Assembly (NCBI GenBank): GCA_964566185.1
Contig: CAZMHS010000001.1
Location: 86,159 to 150,158 of the forward strand
Reading direction: 5' to 3'
Length of the DNA stretch: 64,000 bases
Origin: an uncultured Alphaproteobacteria bacterium
GTDB lineage: Bacteria; Pseudomonadota; Alphaproteobacteria; UBA3830; CAYLKK01
Both the position numbers and the translations under genes were made by a program. Within the stretch, counting starts at the first letter, position 1; each line of letters opens with the position of its first letter. Of this stretch, positions 36,021 to 47,172 are shown one piece after another. The notes under the pieces are model-generated. The model had not been told where the DNA came from. It saw only the letters and a list, made by a program, of their open reading frames with translations, and did no database searches.

Positions 36021-36791
36021 ATGCATATCAATATTGATCCAGTTGCGTTTTATATATTTAGTTTGCCAATCAGGTGGTATGCCCTGTCATACGTATTTGG
36101 AATTATTATTGGCAGTTATATTGCTAAAAAGGTTGTAGTTTTTCGTAATTCTTTTGACGCTTCGTTTATTGATCAATTTATAAATTGGATTATTATCGGA
36201 ATAATAGTTGGTGGACGTATCGGTCATATTCTGTTTTTTGATTTAGAATTTTTTGTGCTGAATCCACTCGAAATTTTTAAGGTGTGGAATGGCGGAATGT
36301 CTTTCCACGGAGGTGTGATTGGTGTTGCGTTGGCAGGCATGCTGTTTTGTAAAAAATATAGTATTTCTGTGATTGATTTGTTTGACGCCATCGCTGTTGC
36401 TGCTCCAATTGGTTTATTTTTTGGGCGAATTGCGAACTTTATTAATGGAGAGCTGTACGGGAGGTTTTGGTTGTCGGAGTATGCTGTATATTTCGCTGAT
36501 AATGTTCCGAGACATCCTAGCCAATTGTATGAAGCTTTTTCAGAGGGCGTTGTTTTATTTATATGTGAATGGCTTCTATTAAAGCATAATCCTAAAAAAG
36601 GAATTTTAGCTGGAGTGTTTTGTATTATGTATTCTGTCGCACGGATTGTGTGTGAGCATTTTCGCGCTCCCGATACTGAATTAAATTATATGTTGTTTAA
36701 TAGCATAGGTTGTTCTATCGGTCAACTGTTATCTCTTCCATTGATATTAATTGGTATGTGGATGATAAGATGTTCACACGACAAAAGTTGA
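36021..36791 (+). CDS. lgt: prolipoprotein diacylglyceryl transferase
   Basis: IRWYALSYVFGIIIG, GGRIGHILFF, WNGGMSFHGGVIG, GRIANFINGELYG and HPSQLYEAF are present. ATG 36021 was chosen. Confidence 0.9.
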   Translation: MHINIDPVAFYIFSLPIRWYALSYVFGIIIGSYIAKKVVVFRNSFDASFIDQFINWIIIGIIVGGRIGHILFFDLEFFVLNPLEIFKVWNGGMSFHGGVIGVALAGMLFCKKYSISVIDLFDAIAVAAPIGLFFGRIANFINGELYGRFWLSEYAVYFADNVPRHPSQLYEAFSEGVVLFICEWLLLKHNPKKGILAGVFCIMYSVARIVCEHFRAPDTELNYMLFNSIGCSIGQLLSLPLILIGMWMIRCSHDKS

Positions 36792-36818
36792 GTTAGAACA
36801 CTTTTGACGTTAGCGATG

Positions 36819-37739
36819 TTAAGCTTGGTTGCGAACGTCATGCATGTTCTTTATTTCTTGTTCAAAATACGTTGGTATGCACGATTCTACAGCTATTTTT
36901 AGTTCATCAATTTTTATTGACGCTGCATGCAGGTACATAAACTTCATTTTTTTTGCCATTTTATTGTACTTTTTGTCGCCTAGTATTGGAGTCTTTATAA
37001 TTTCTGCACAGTGAACTCTTAGTTGATGTGTTCGTCCTGTTACTGGATATAGTTCAACTAACGCCATTTCTTTTGAGCATTTAATTACGTTATAACTTGT
37101 TTCTGAATATAATCCATCTTTATCATTCTTGTTTACAACTACTACCTTTTCTTCCTTAGATATTAGTGTTTTTTTTATATATGCTCTTATTATTCCAGAT
37201 TTTTGTTTCGGTACTCCTAATGTAATTGCAATATATTTTTTTCGTACATTATTATTTTTAAATGCAGAAGTTAATTTACGCGCAGCTTCTGTACTTTTAG
37301 CTATAATGAGAAGCCCAGATGTGTTTTTATCCAATCTGTGTACTAATTTAAAATCTTTGTTCGCATAAGCTTTCAATAAATCTTCTACACAAAGTGAAAT
37401 TTTAGAACCACCTTGTACAGCTAATCCACATGGCTTGTTTATTATAAAACAATTGTGATCTTCATATATGCATAAATTCTTGAATTGTTGACGTAAAGAT
37501 TCACTTTCATTTTCTGATAGTGTTTCATTCTTTCGTTGCCTTACTTGAAGATTAGCGTGTATTATGATGATATCTTCTTCGCTGGCAATATCTTGTGCAT
37601 TAGCTTTCTGGTTATTTTTTTCGATTTTCTTTAAACGAAATAGCTTTTGTAAGAGGCTATATTTTATGTCTATACGTTGACTAACGATTCTATCGATACG
37701 TTTTCCTGCATCACAGTTGAGTACTTTTAATTCAATCAT
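36819..37739 (-). CDS. rluC: RluA-family pseudouridine synthase with S4-like N-terminus (RluC-like)
   Basis: KRIDRIVSQ..., catalytic HRLDKNTSGLLIIAKS, and TGRTHQLRVH. Confidence 0.8.
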   Translation of the reverse strand: MIELKVLNCDAGKRIDRIVSQRIDIKYSLLQKLFRLKKIEKNNQKANAQDIASEEDIIIIHANLQVRQRKNETLSENESESLRQQFKNLCIYEDHNCFIINKPCGLAVQGGSKISLCVEDLLKAYANKDFKLVHRLDKNTSGLLIIAKSTEAARKLTSAFKNNNVRKKYIAITLGVPKQKSGIIRAYIKKTLISKEEKVVVVNKNDKDGLYSETSYNVIKCSKEMALVELYPVTGRTHQLRVHCAEIIKTPILGDKKYNKMAKKMKFMYLHAASIKIDELKIAVESCIPTYFEQEIKNMHDVRNQA

Positions 37740-38931
37740 TTCTTGCTTCCGATATAAAGGTAGCTATTCCAGCTAACAGCGTGACTATCAGTAACGGAAT
37801 TATAAACATGCGAAATGAATATGACGTTATTTTAGTTAAAATAATTGGTATCATACTTCCGAATACAGCTTGGCTTGTACTCATAGATAAAGATACTGCT
37901 GTGCATCTAACTTCTTTTGGAAACAAGTGAGTTATAAATGGTCCAGATACTCCATAATACAGCGCTAACGAAATCCCTATGATCGGAATCAATACTTGTA
38001 TTGCCGTGTGCGTATTGCAGCACAGAGCTAATAATATCGATAATAACGATACTGAAAGGGACGCGAAAAGAATTGGTTTTAAACCAAACTTATCAGATAT
38101 ATGTCCTCCTATAAATATAGATATGATAAGAAACATGTTTGTTATAGTTACTATGTTTATATTTTGATCAGCGTAGTGAGACATCATATAATTTGGAAGA
38201 AAAGCAAATACAGAGTAATAACTTGTGGCGCTGAATGCTGTAAGGAGGAAAGCACATAACATAGCAGATTTATGCTGTTTTAAGAGGCTGAATGGTTGGT
38301 CTTTTCCTTTTGTAACGCTACACTTTCTTGACCGGAAATAAAATGCTGCTATTGGCAATAGTGCTACAGATAATAAAAATGGTATCCTCCATATATGTGT
38401 TTGTACAGTTAATGGAAATAAGTAATACAACATTGAAAATATTACGTTGCTAATTAGAAGGCCAATTAAATTTGATGCATTCGGTATACAACCGATAATG
38501 CCTTTCTTATTTTGTGGTGCGGTTTCTACTAGCTGAACTATTGAGATATTTGCTGCTCCGCCCATTGCTATACCTTGTAGTGCTCTAAATACTGTTAAAA
38601 ATAACGTTGATATGATACCGCAGAATTCATAGCTCGGTAATAAGCCAATTGCTATAGTCGAAATCGACAATACTAGTAGTGATATTCCTATAGCTTTTTC
38701 TCTACAAATTAAGTCTCCAATCTTTCCGAATAAATATGAACCTATTGGGCGTGTTAATAATCCAAGCCCAAACACAACAAAGCATAAAATCATATTTACA
38801 ATCTTATCCATTTTTGGGAAACACGTAGATGATATTATCAGAAAAAACGGAATGAACAGTGTGTAACTATACCACATAAGTATATTTCCGATTACGTAAA
38901 TACTAAGCTTTGTATTAGACGTTTCTTTCAT
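37732..38931 (-). CDS. MFS transporter, ProP (proline/betaine)-like paralog 2
   Basis: 399 aa and about 12 TM helices, with LTRPIGSYLFGKIGDLICREK as the MFS loop 2-3 motif. It is a paralog of the adjacent gene. The N-terminal region is shortened relative to the neighbour. Confidence 0.75.
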   Translation of the reverse strand: MKETSNTKLSIYVIGNILMWYSYTLFIPFFLIISSTCFPKMDKIVNMILCFVVFGLGLLTRPIGSYLFGKIGDLICREKAIGISLLVLSISTIAIGLLPSYEFCGIISTLFLTVFRALQGIAMGGAANISIVQLVETAPQNKKGIIGCIPNASNLIGLLISNVIFSMLYYLFPLTVQTHIWRIPFLLSVALLPIAAFYFRSRKCSVTKGKDQPFSLLKQHKSAMLCAFLLTAFSATSYYSVFAFLPNYMMSHYADQNINIVTITNMFLIISIFIGGHISDKFGLKPILFASLSVSLLSILLALCCNTHTAIQVLIPIIGISLALYYGVSGPFITHLFPKEVRCTAVSLSMSTSQAVFGSMIPIILTKITSYSFRMFIIPLLIVTLLAGIATFISEARND

Positions 38932-40203
38932 CTATAATAGCTCTTTCCCTGTTCTATCTTCTAAGAAGCTCATTGATATCAACGCTGCAAACGCAAATAC
39001 TAGCATCATACACGATAATGCATAATATGACCCTGTCATAGCCATTAGAAACTCTGCAACAAGTGGCGTAGTTCCAGCAAATAATGGGTGACTGATCCCA
39101 AATGCGAGTGACACCGCTGTACAGCGCAAATGTGATGGAAACGTTTCAGAGTAAAACGCGGCTCTTCCTCCGAAAAAAATACCAAGGCATGTTCCGATAA
39201 CTATTTCAAATATTAAGTGATAATACTTTAGTTCTTGAGTCAACGTTGCAAACATTGGTAATGTGCTTAACGTAGCAATGGTGATGCTAAAGATTATTAC
39301 CTTTTTGCGGCCAATTTTATCAGACAAAACGCCTCCAAATGGAATTGCTATAGTCATAAATATATTCACAACTGTAGTAAATAATGAGGCTTCTTGCGGC
39401 ATCGTTAAACCTGACACCTTAAGGTAGTTATGCAAATAAGTTAATAGCATATAAAACGTTACGCCACCATATGCACATACTGAAATAGCACATAATACTG
39501 TTTTTTTGTGATTTTTTATTGTTTCGACAATCGGTGTTTGTTTTACACACGTGCTCTCATTCGTTTTCTTAAACGAACTACTTTCTTCTATACCGTATCG
39601 GAGATATGTTCCAAATACAGCTATGACGATGCTTAGTAGAAATGGCAGGCGCCATCCATATGACTCAAATTCTTGCTGATTGAACATCGTCATAAGGATA
39701 TACGATACAAACAGACCTAAAAGAACACCTAGCGGTGATCCAAAATCCGACCATGAACCAAAAAACCCCCGTTTGTCGTTTGGAGCTTGTTCCACTAGGT
39801 ATACCATTGATCCTGTAAACTCGCCCCCTATGGCTATGCCTTGCACAAGGCGGATGCATGTTAATGCTATTGGAGCTAAGATTCCAATTTGTTCATATGT
39901 GGGTAATAATCCAATTAGGAATGTTGGTACAGACATCGTAATGAGCGATGCAATGAGCGTTGGTTTTCTTCCTAGTCTATCTCCGATATATCCAAATACT
40001 AATCCACCTAATGGCCTTGAAAAAAATCCTATTGCAAAAACTAAATAAATAAACATTCTGGACAGAGAATCATTATCGCTTGGAAAAAATAGCTTCGATA
40101 GTATTGTTGCAAAAGTTCCGTATAACGTATAATCAAACCACTCTAATGTGCTACCTACAGCACACGCCAATACGATCTTCCACTCTTTTTTCAGATTTAT
40201 CAT
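38932..40203 (-). CDS. MFS transporter, ProP (proline/betaine)-like paralog 1
   Basis: GSTLEWFDYTLYGTFATILSKLFFP, FSRPLGGLVFGYIGDRLGRKPTL and RLVQGIAIGGEFTGSMVYLVEQAP are ProP/metabolite:H+ symporter family signatures. Confidence 0.85.
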   Translation of the reverse strand: MINLKKEWKIVLACAVGSTLEWFDYTLYGTFATILSKLFFPSDNDSLSRMFIYLVFAIGFFSRPLGGLVFGYIGDRLGRKPTLIASLITMSVPTFLIGLLPTYEQIGILAPIALTCIRLVQGIAIGGEFTGSMVYLVEQAPNDKRGFFGSWSDFGSPLGVLLGLFVSYILMTMFNQQEFESYGWRLPFLLSIVIAVFGTYLRYGIEESSSFKKTNESTCVKQTPIVETIKNHKKTVLCAISVCAYGGVTFYMLLTYLHNYLKVSGLTMPQEASLFTTVVNIFMTIAIPFGGVLSDKIGRKKVIIFSITIATLSTLPMFATLTQELKYYHLIFEIVIGTCLGIFFGGRAAFYSETFPSHLRCTAVSLAFGISHPLFAGTTPLVAEFLMAMTGSYYALSCMMLVFAFAALISMSFLEDRTGKELL

Positions 40204-40228
40204 CCTGTTATCCGCATTAATAAAAACA

Positions 40229-40303
<75 letters not shown>

Positions 40304-40586
40304 TAAAAGAACACGGAGATGGTATCATATCTGATATGAAAAATCAACGTTCAAAGATAACTAATGTTTTAAATGAACATTTTAAAGTTGAATATTTGTC
40401 TTACGGACGATTATATCGTCGTACTTTACTTGGTGCATAGTACAACTTTGTACTCAACAAAAACATTGTAATAATTGATTAACAGAAGTGCCTTAATTTA
40501 CGTAGTTTTGATTAAAAAGCAGTAAAATGTCTTTTTTTTTGTGCGGATATACTCTATTCTATACATCTGATTGGAGAATTGTGTGA

Positions 40587-41147
40587 ATGGGACTTATACC
40601 GAATATATTGACTCTATCTAGGATTTTTGTAATACCAGCAATAGTATCTTGTTTCTTTATCTGTGATAGTTTTGTTAGATATATTGGCGCGTCGCTTTAC
40701 CTTTGCGCGTGTTTTACCGATTTTTTGGATGGATATTTGGCTAGACAGTGGGAGCAAGTTTCGAGTTTCGGAAAGTTTTGCGATCCTGTAGCGGATAAGA
40801 TTTTGGTTTCTATAATACTGTTAATGCTCGCTGGCTATGGCGTATTAAGCGGTGTGCATTTGATAGCTGCTGCTACAATTCTTGCAAGAGAAGTTATGGT
40901 TTCTGGACTTCGATCTTACTTAGGACAAATTCAGAAGGTTTTACCTGTTACAAAGTTCTCAAAATGGAAGACAGCTATTCAAATGGCAGCTATTGCTGTA
41001 TTGATGTTTTACTTCGCTTCGAACAACGGTACGTTGTACGGCTGTGGACTTACGTTGTTGTGGATAGCATCATTTCTTACTGTAGTTACAGGTTATAGGT
41101 ATATGAAGCGTGGGTTTAAATATATAGAATTTTCTGCTAAAAAATAA
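40587..41147 (+). CDS. pgsA: CDP-diacylglycerol--glycerol-3-phosphate 3-phosphatidyltransferase
   Basis: PNILTLSRI plus the CDP-alcohol phosphatidyltransferase motif DFLDGYLARQW...GKFCDPVADK. 186 aa with 4-5 TM helices. Confidence 0.9.
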   Translation: MGLIPNILTLSRIFVIPAIVSCFFICDSFVRYIGASLYLCACFTDFLDGYLARQWEQVSSFGKFCDPVADKILVSIILLMLAGYGVLSGVHLIAAATILAREVMVSGLRSYLGQIQKVLPVTKFSKWKTAIQMAAIAVLMFYFASNNGTLYGCGLTLLWIASFLTVVTGYRYMKRGFKYIEFSAKK

Positions 41148-41249
41148 TGATGTATGTAAATTAGAATTAGTTGTATATTATAAATCAAAATATGATTGAT
41201 TAAATGATTAACAGATTGTAGACTTTATCGGTAAAAATTACGTTATTTT

Positions 41250-41966
41250 ATGGAAAATGAAAGAATTCATACGTACGGAAGAAAAAGAGCTAGAGGCTTG
41301 AGCAACACGCAGGCGTGTGCTTTAACTAATTGGCTTTCTAGTTATAGTGTTTCGCTTTCAGATGACAAAGTCGATTTGAGAAAGTCTTTTCGACGAGACT
41401 CTAGCGGGCGGTTAGTTATTGAGATAGGTTTTGGGCATGGCGAACATTTAACGCAAATGGCTCTTGAAAATCGTTCGGATATGTTCATAGGTTGTGAAAC
41501 TTTTGAGAATGGTGTCGCTAAAGCTATAACGAAGATACGAAAATATGAGCTAGAGAATGTATTGATATACATGGGGGACGCTAGGGATGTTCTAGACTGC
41601 GCGCTTTCACAATCTGTTTCGGCTGTTTATATATTATTTCCAGATCCGTGGCCAAAAAAACGACATATCAAACGACGCATTGTATCTGAAGAATTGCTTT
41701 GTGCGTTAAATCGAGTGTTAGCTGATGATGGTAGTATTATGATTGCTAGTGATTGTGTGCACTACGTAGAACACGTAATAAACGTTGTTGAGGCTTATAA
41801 TAATAAGTATGGCGAAACGTTCATGCTTTCATCGTGTGAACTTGAAAAATTGAAAGTGAAACCTGATGTATTTGGTGCTACTCGTTATGAGCGAAAGGCT
41901 ATCGCCGCAGGAAAACAGTGTTACTATATGGTGATATCGAGGAGAATTGAGAATGGATCTAGCTAA
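41250..41966 (+). CDS. trmB: tRNA (guanine-N7)-methyltransferase
   Basis: VIEIGFGHGEHL (SAM motif), ILFPDPWPKKRHIKRR and TRYERKA are present. Confidence 0.85.
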   Translation: MENERIHTYGRKRARGLSNTQACALTNWLSSYSVSLSDDKVDLRKSFRRDSSGRLVIEIGFGHGEHLTQMALENRSDMFIGCETFENGVAKAITKIRKYELENVLIYMGDARDVLDCALSQSVSAVYILFPDPWPKKRHIKRRIVSEELLCALNRVLADDGSIMIASDCVHYVEHVINVVEAYNNKYGETFMLSSCELEKLKVKPDVFGATRYERKAIAAGKQCYYMVISRRIENGSS

Positions 41967-42447
41967 ACATGTGGAAGATTTATTAAGTGCTTCGTTTCAA
42001 AAGCATGGGATAAATATAGTCGCTGTTAACGTATTTAGATTGAATACAGGAACGAATCTGCAAGTGTTAATTGAAAAAGTTGATGGTTCTGCTGTGAATT
42101 TGGATGAGTGTGTGTTTTGTAATAAAACAGCTTCTGTCTTATTAGATGTTGAAAATTTAATAAAAACAAGGTATACTCTAGAAGTTAGTTCCCCCGGAGA
42201 ATATAGACCGTTGACGAAGCCTCGAGATTACGAGATGTTCGCTGGGAAGTGTGTAAAGGTAGAGCTTCATACGCAAATAATGGGAATTAGAAAGTTTAAG
42301 GGTGTGATTAAAAATATTGAAAAAATTGTAGATGATTTTTTGATTACTTTTTCTGACGTCGTTTGTGAGAACGGTGTAACGGATTTTTCTGTGAAATTCG
42401 GAGATATCAAAAAAGCAACATTGAAAAGGGTTTTTGAGATTTGTTAG
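41953..42447 (+). CDS. rimP: ribosome maturation factor RimP
   Basis: LEVSSPGEYRPLTKPRDYEMFAGKCVKVEL is the RimP core motif. It sits immediately upstream of nusA (conserved rimP-nusA-infB order). ATG 41953 is preceded by GAGGAG. Confidence 0.8.
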   Translation: MDLAKHVEDLLSASFQKHGINIVAVNVFRLNTGTNLQVLIEKVDGSAVNLDECVFCNKTASVLLDVENLIKTRYTLEVSSPGEYRPLTKPRDYEMFAGKCVKVELHTQIMGIRKFKGVIKNIEKIVDDFLITFSDVVCENGVTDFSVKFGDIKKATLKRVFEIC

Positions 42448-42457
42448 AGGAAACGTG

Positions 42458-43981
42458 ATGAGTACAGCTTTGTGGAGTAATTTTAAGTTTTACGGCTCAG
42501 AATTGTTAAGGATAGCAGAGTCTGTCGCATTGGATAAAGGAATTGAAGCGGACTTAGTTTTGGAGACTATGGAAGATGCAATGAAACGTGCGGCAAAAGC
42601 AAAGTATGGTCCTGAATACGATATTAGGGCTACGATTAATCGAAAAACTGGCGAAGTTTCAATAAAAAAGTACATTACTGTCGTAGAGTCAGTGTCTAAT
42701 GAATTTACAGAAATCAGTCTTTCTGCTGCACAGCATGATAATCCTGATGTTAAACTCGGCGATGAGATCGTTAGTGAACTTCCTCCTATAGAGTTCGGAC
42801 GCGGATCTGCTCAAGTTGGAAGACAAGTCGTTGTACAAAAATTTAGAGAAGCTGAACGTGAGCGTCAATATAATGAATTTAAGGATAGAGTTGGTACGAT
42901 AGTAAGTGGCGTCGTTAAACGTGCTGAGTATAACTCTGTGACGATAGATGTTGGAAGGACTGAGGCTACTATTAGACGCGATCAGCTTATCGGAAAAGAA
43001 AGTTTTAGGGCAGGTGATCGTATCCGCGCGTATATTGTAAGTGTTTCTAGAGAGGCGAAAGGTCCTCAAGTGATTTTGTCTAGAACTCATCCTGAGTTCC
43101 TAAAACAGTTGTTCATACAGGAAGTACCTGAAGTGTATGATGGAATTATCGAGATAAAATCTGTTGCTAGAGATCCTGGTAGTAGAGCTAAAATCGCGGT
43201 TTTTTCAAAAGATTCAACGATAGATCCTATCGGCGCGTGTATAGGGGTTAGGGGAAATCGTGTACAGGCTGTGGTCCATGAGCTACAAGGAGAGAAAGTG
43301 GATATCGTTCTTTGGTCTGAAGATCTTGCCACATTTGCTGTGAATGCTTTGGCTCCGGCTGAAATTTCAAAAGTTGTACTTGATGAGGATAGTAAAAAGT
43401 TCGAGGTTTTGGTCGCTGATGATCAATTGAGTTTGGCTATTGGTCGTAGAGGACAAAATGTCAGGTTGGCTGCTCAGCTTATAAATTTTGGACTAGACGT
43501 TATTTCTGAGAGTGAGGATAATGAGCGCAAGAATAGACAGTATCAAGAAAAGTCTAAGATGTTTATGGATGCTATAGATTGCGATGAGATGATGGCTAGG
43601 TTGTTAGTGAGTGAAGGTTTTTCTCAAATCGAAGAGCTCGCGTACACAGATTTAAGTGAATTGCTTGATATTGAAGGTCTTGATGAACAAACTGCGTCTG
43701 AGCTGCAAAATAGGGCTATAGAGTATTTAAGAATACAAGATCAAGAGATAGAAAATGAGCTAAGGACAAAGAATGTTTCGGATGATTTACTTGATTTCGA
43801 GTTATTATCTAAAAAGAACATTTTGGCTTTAGTTGAGAATAATATATTCGATGTAAATGCATTAGCTGATTTGGATTCTGATGAGTTAATGGATATATTA
43901 CCAGAATTGTCTCGAGATGAGGCTGATGCTATAATTATGCGCGCCAGAGAATGTTGGGGTAGCGAAGAAGGAAATTCCTAA
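42458..43981 (+). CDS. nusA: transcription termination/antitermination factor NusA
   Basis: ELLRIAESVALDKGI, an S1 domain (GTIVSGVVKR...), KH domains (RDPGSRAKIAV; GACIGVRGNRVQAV; AIGRRGQNVRLA) and C-terminal acidic repeats. ATG 42458 follows GAGGA. Confidence 0.95.
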   Translation: MSTALWSNFKFYGSELLRIAESVALDKGIEADLVLETMEDAMKRAAKAKYGPEYDIRATINRKTGEVSIKKYITVVESVSNEFTEISLSAAQHDNPDVKLGDEIVSELPPIEFGRGSAQVGRQVVVQKFREAERERQYNEFKDRVGTIVSGVVKRAEYNSVTIDVGRTEATIRRDQLIGKESFRAGDRIRAYIVSVSREAKGPQVILSRTHPEFLKQLFIQEVPEVYDGIIEIKSVARDPGSRAKIAVFSKDSTIDPIGACIGVRGNRVQAVVHELQGEKVDIVLWSEDLATFAVNALAPAEISKVVLDEDSKKFEVLVADDQLSLAIGRRGQNVRLAAQLINFGLDVISESEDNERKNRQYQEKSKMFMDAIDCDEMMARLLVSEGFSQIEELAYTDLSELLDIEGLDEQTASELQNRAIEYLRIQDQEIENELRTKNVSDDLLDFELLSKKNILALVENNIFDVNALADLDSDELMDILPELSRDEADAIIMRARECWGSEEGNS

Positions 43982-46677
43982 TGAGTGATTTAACGAAAAA
44001 GAAACTTAGTATCTCTACAAATGGTAATAACCTAAAGAGCGATTCTGAAGGGCAGATTCGTCAAAGTTTTTCTCACGGTCGGTCAAGAGTCGTGGCTGTC
44101 GAGGTTAAGAAAAAACGAGCTTTTGTTAATAAAAACGTGCGTGTTAATGGACCGCGAAATGAATTGGATAAAGCAACATCGTCTTTAGTTAGGAAAACAG
44201 GACTTACTAGTATCGAATTGGATAATAGAATAAAAGCTGTGCAGGAATTGGCTGGTATCCATGTTGCTGAAGCTAAAAGAAGAGCTGAAAGTGCTAAAGA
44301 GTCCATTTCATCTAGAATAACTGAAAATGAAAAGGCTGTTTCAGAGAAGCAGATTAGTAACAAAGTCGTTCATAAGCAAGATAATGTTCGGCGATCTAAA
44401 ATTGAAAACGCAAATAAGGAAGATAAAAAAGCTGGTTCGTCGAACGGAGCGTTACAGAAGAAAAGTAAGTTCGTTGCAGAAAAGCAACGATCGATGACCG
44501 TAAAACAAAAAAGTGATCAGCCTTATGTGCGTGGTTCTGGCACAAAAAGTACATATGAGAAGAATAGTTTTTCGCATAATAGGTCTGTACTTAGCGTGTC
44601 TAGAATCGGGCGTGACGACGGAACTGTTTTTGAACAAAGTTTCAATTGCTCGCAGGATAAGCGTTCAACTCAGAGGAGTGAAAAGAATCATAGTCGAGAT
44701 GATAGGTACTTCGGTGATGATGAATCAAGACAGCAAAAATATGGCATGCAGATAAAACGTGATAAAGATGAGCTGTTGAATCGCTCTATGTCGAAGACAA
44801 AGATTTCAATATATAACGCACTTGATGATGAAAATGATTCTCTTGTTGCTTCAACTAGGCGAGTGAAGTCGAAAGCAAAGAAGATTAGTAACGTAGAAGA
44901 ATCTCAAAAAATTGTGAGAGAGGTTTTAATTCCTGATACTATTACAGTTCAAGAATTGGCTAATAGAATGGCAATTCGAGTATCTGATTTAATAAAATCG
45001 CTAATGAAGGTTGGTATAATGGCAACGATTAATCAAGTGATTGATGCGGATACAGCTGAGCTTGTAGTGTTAGAATTAGGTCATAAACCAAAGAGGGTCG
45101 GAGATGAGGATATTGTTAGTGACCTAATCTCGAAAACAGTTGATGATGAGCGTGAATTAGTACCAAGACCTCCGATCGTTACGGTTATGGGACATGTGGA
45201 TCATGGAAAAACATCACTATTGGATGCAATACGGCGTACTGATGTTGCGTTAAATGAGGCTGGTGGTATAACACAGCATATCGGAGCGTATCAAATTACG
45301 ACAAAATCGATGAGACGTATCACTTTTATTGATACTCCTGGACATGCTGCATTTACTGAAATGCGTGCTAGAGGAGCAAATATAACAGATGTCGTTGTTT
45401 TAGTCGTAGCAGCTGATGACGGCGTAAAAGAGCAGACTATTGAAGCATTGAATCATGCAAAAGCCGCAAATGTGCAGATAATTGTTGCGATAAATAAAAT
45501 TGATAAACCTGGTGCTGATCCGAATAAAGTAAGAAACGATTTGCTGAGCCATGGGATTTTTGTCGAATCTCTTGGTGGGGATGTAATTGATGTCGAAGTT
45601 TCAGCTAAGACTGGGTATAATCTGGACTTGCTTGAGGAATCAATATTATTACAGGCGGATGTACTGGAATTGAAAGCAAATCCTGCTCGGATGGCTGAGG
45701 CTGTCGTACTTGAGGCTAAGATAGAAAAAGGTCTTGGCCCTGTTGCTACGATTCTTGTAAAAAATGGCACTTTGCATGTTGGAGATATTTTCGTTTCAGG
45801 AACTGTAAACGGAAAGGTTCGAGCAATTCGCAATGACTTGAAGCAAAATTTGAGCGATTTATTACCAGGTTCTCCTGGCGAAATCATCGGCTTTAATACT
45901 GCTCCGATACCTGGAGATGATTTCATTGTTGTTTCTGACGATGCTAAAGCAAAAGAAATTGCTGATATACGTCAGAGAAAAAAGAAAGAAAAAGAGTGGC
46001 TTATAAAGCGTAATTCTTCTTCTGATGTGTTGTCCGTGCTATCGTCTTACGGAAATGTGAAAAAGCTTGATTTGATAATAAAGGCTGATACTCACGGTTC
46101 TATTGAGGCAATAGCTGATAGTTTAGGAAAATTATCAAATGATGAGGTTGTCGTCAATGTATTACATTCAGGCGTCGGCGGTATTACGGAAAATGACGTT
46201 ATTTTAGCAAATGCATCAAATGCTATGATCGTTGGATTTAATGTAAGGGCAAATGCGCTAGCAAAAGATCAGGGTATACGAGATGGCGTTAATATAAAAT
46301 ATTATTCTATAATATATGATTTAATTGACGATGTTACATCTATTCTTTCTGGTATGTTGTCCCCAACCCTTTCAGAAAAGGTTATAGGTTCAGCTGAGGT
46401 ACGTCAAATATTTGAAATCTCAAAAGTTGGGAAAATTGCTGGATGTATGGTCGTTGATGGTGTCATAAAGCGAACGGCTAAGGTTCGTATTTTGAGGGAT
46501 AACGTCGTCATTCATACTGGAGATGTAAAATCAATACAACGCAAAAAAGACTCTGTAAAAGAAGTAAAAGAAGGATTCGAATGCGGTATTTCTTTGGAAT
46601 CATATAACGATATACATGTAAAAGATGTATTAGAATTCTTCGAAATTGAAGAAATTGCTAGGACTTTGGACGTGTGA
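43981..46677 (+). CDS. infB: translation initiation factor IF-2
   Basis: [28 protein letters not shown] and NKID form the GTPase core, with a long basic low-complexity N-terminal region. 898 aa. Confidence 0.95.
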   Translation: MSDLTKKKLSISTNGNNLKSDSEGQIRQSFSHGRSRVVAVEVKKKRAFVNKNVRVNGPRNELDKATSSLVRKTGLTSIELDNRIKAVQELAGIHVAEAKRRAESAKESISSRITENEKAVSEKQISNKVVHKQDNVRRSKIENANKEDKKAGSSNGALQKKSKFVAEKQRSMTVKQKSDQPYVRGSGTKSTYEKNSFSHNRSVLSVSRIGRDDGTVFEQSFNCSQDKRSTQRSEKNHSRDDRYFGDDESRQQKYGMQIKRDKDELLNRSMSKTKISIYNALDDENDSLVASTRRVKSKAKKISNVEESQKIVREVLIPDTITVQELANRMAIRVSDLIKSLMKVGIMATINQVIDADTAELVVLELGHKPKRVGDEDIVSDLISKTVDDERELVPRPPIVTVMGHVDHGKTSLLDAIRRTDVALNEAGGITQHIGAYQITTKSMRRITFIDTPGHAAFTEMRARGANITDVVVLVVAADDGVKEQTIEALNHAKAANVQIIVAINKIDKPGADPNKVRNDLLSHGIFVESLGGDVIDVEVSAKTGYNLDLLEESILLQADVLELKANPARMAEAVVLEAKIEKGLGPVATILVKNGTLHVGDIFVSGTVNGKVRAIRNDLKQNLSDLLPGSPGEIIGFNTAPIPGDDFIVVSDDAKAKEIADIRQRKKKEKEWLIKRNSSSDVLSVLSSYGNVKKLDLIIKADTHGSIEAIADSLGKLSNDEVVVNVLHSGVGGITENDVILANASNAMIVGFNVRANALAKDQGIRDGVNIKYYSIIYDLIDDVTSILSGMLSPTLSEKVIGSAEVRQIFEISKVGKIAGCMVVDGVIKRTAKVRILRDNVVIHTGDVKSIQRKKDSVKEVKEGFECGISLESYNDIHVKDVLEFFEIEEIARTLDV

Positions 46678-46683
46678 TGTTTT

Positions 46684-47070
46684 ATGGCTGATAAGTTATG
46701 GAGTAAAAAAAAATCTACACCAGTGAGGCCTCTACGTGTGGCTCGTGAGATAATGGAGGTAATGTCTCAAATATTGCTTAGAGATGAGCGTTACGATACA
46801 AGCGAACGTCGAATTGAGGTTACAATTACTGATGTAAAGGTTAGTTCTAGTTTACAAGATGCATTGATATTCTTTGTTCCTCTATATAATGCAAGTACTG
46901 AGGAAACATTGGAGTATCTAAATTTGAAAGCTCCACGGTTTCGAGCTGCTCTTGGACAAAAGTTGCGTTTGAAATATACACCGAACATAAGATTCGTGCT
47001 AGATACTTCTTTTGACTATGCCGATCGTGTTGAAAAAATATTGAACAGAATAAGCTCGAGTGCTAAATAA
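46684..47070 (+). CDS. rbfA: ribosome-binding factor A
   Basis: RPLRVAREIMEVMSQILL..., VTITDVKVSSSLQDALIFF and LRLKYTPNIRFVLD are present. Confidence 0.9.
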   Translation: MADKLWSKKKSTPVRPLRVAREIMEVMSQILLRDERYDTSERRIEVTITDVKVSSSLQDALIFFVPLYNASTEETLEYLNLKAPRFRAALGQKLRLKYTPNIRFVLDTSFDYADRVEKILNRISSSAK

Positions 47071-47172
47071 ACTTACTTTTTTTATGATACGCTAGTTTTT
47101 GCGAGCGTCTCCAGCTGCACCGTTATCAGACAATCGTAAAGCGTACTCAAAGCAATAAAGCAGACGTTTTAG

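Noticed and set aside
40532-40540. T9 homopolymer about 47 nt upstream of pgsA as a possible phase-variable promoter spacer
   Set aside because: Homopolymers of this length are expected by chance at this AT content, and no promoter hexamers flank it at a suitable distance.
45453-45926. 157-aa ORF antisense to infB, plus other antisense ORFs at 44073-44755
   Set aside because: These are shadow ORFs opposite the IF-2 GTPase domain, with no start context or motifs.
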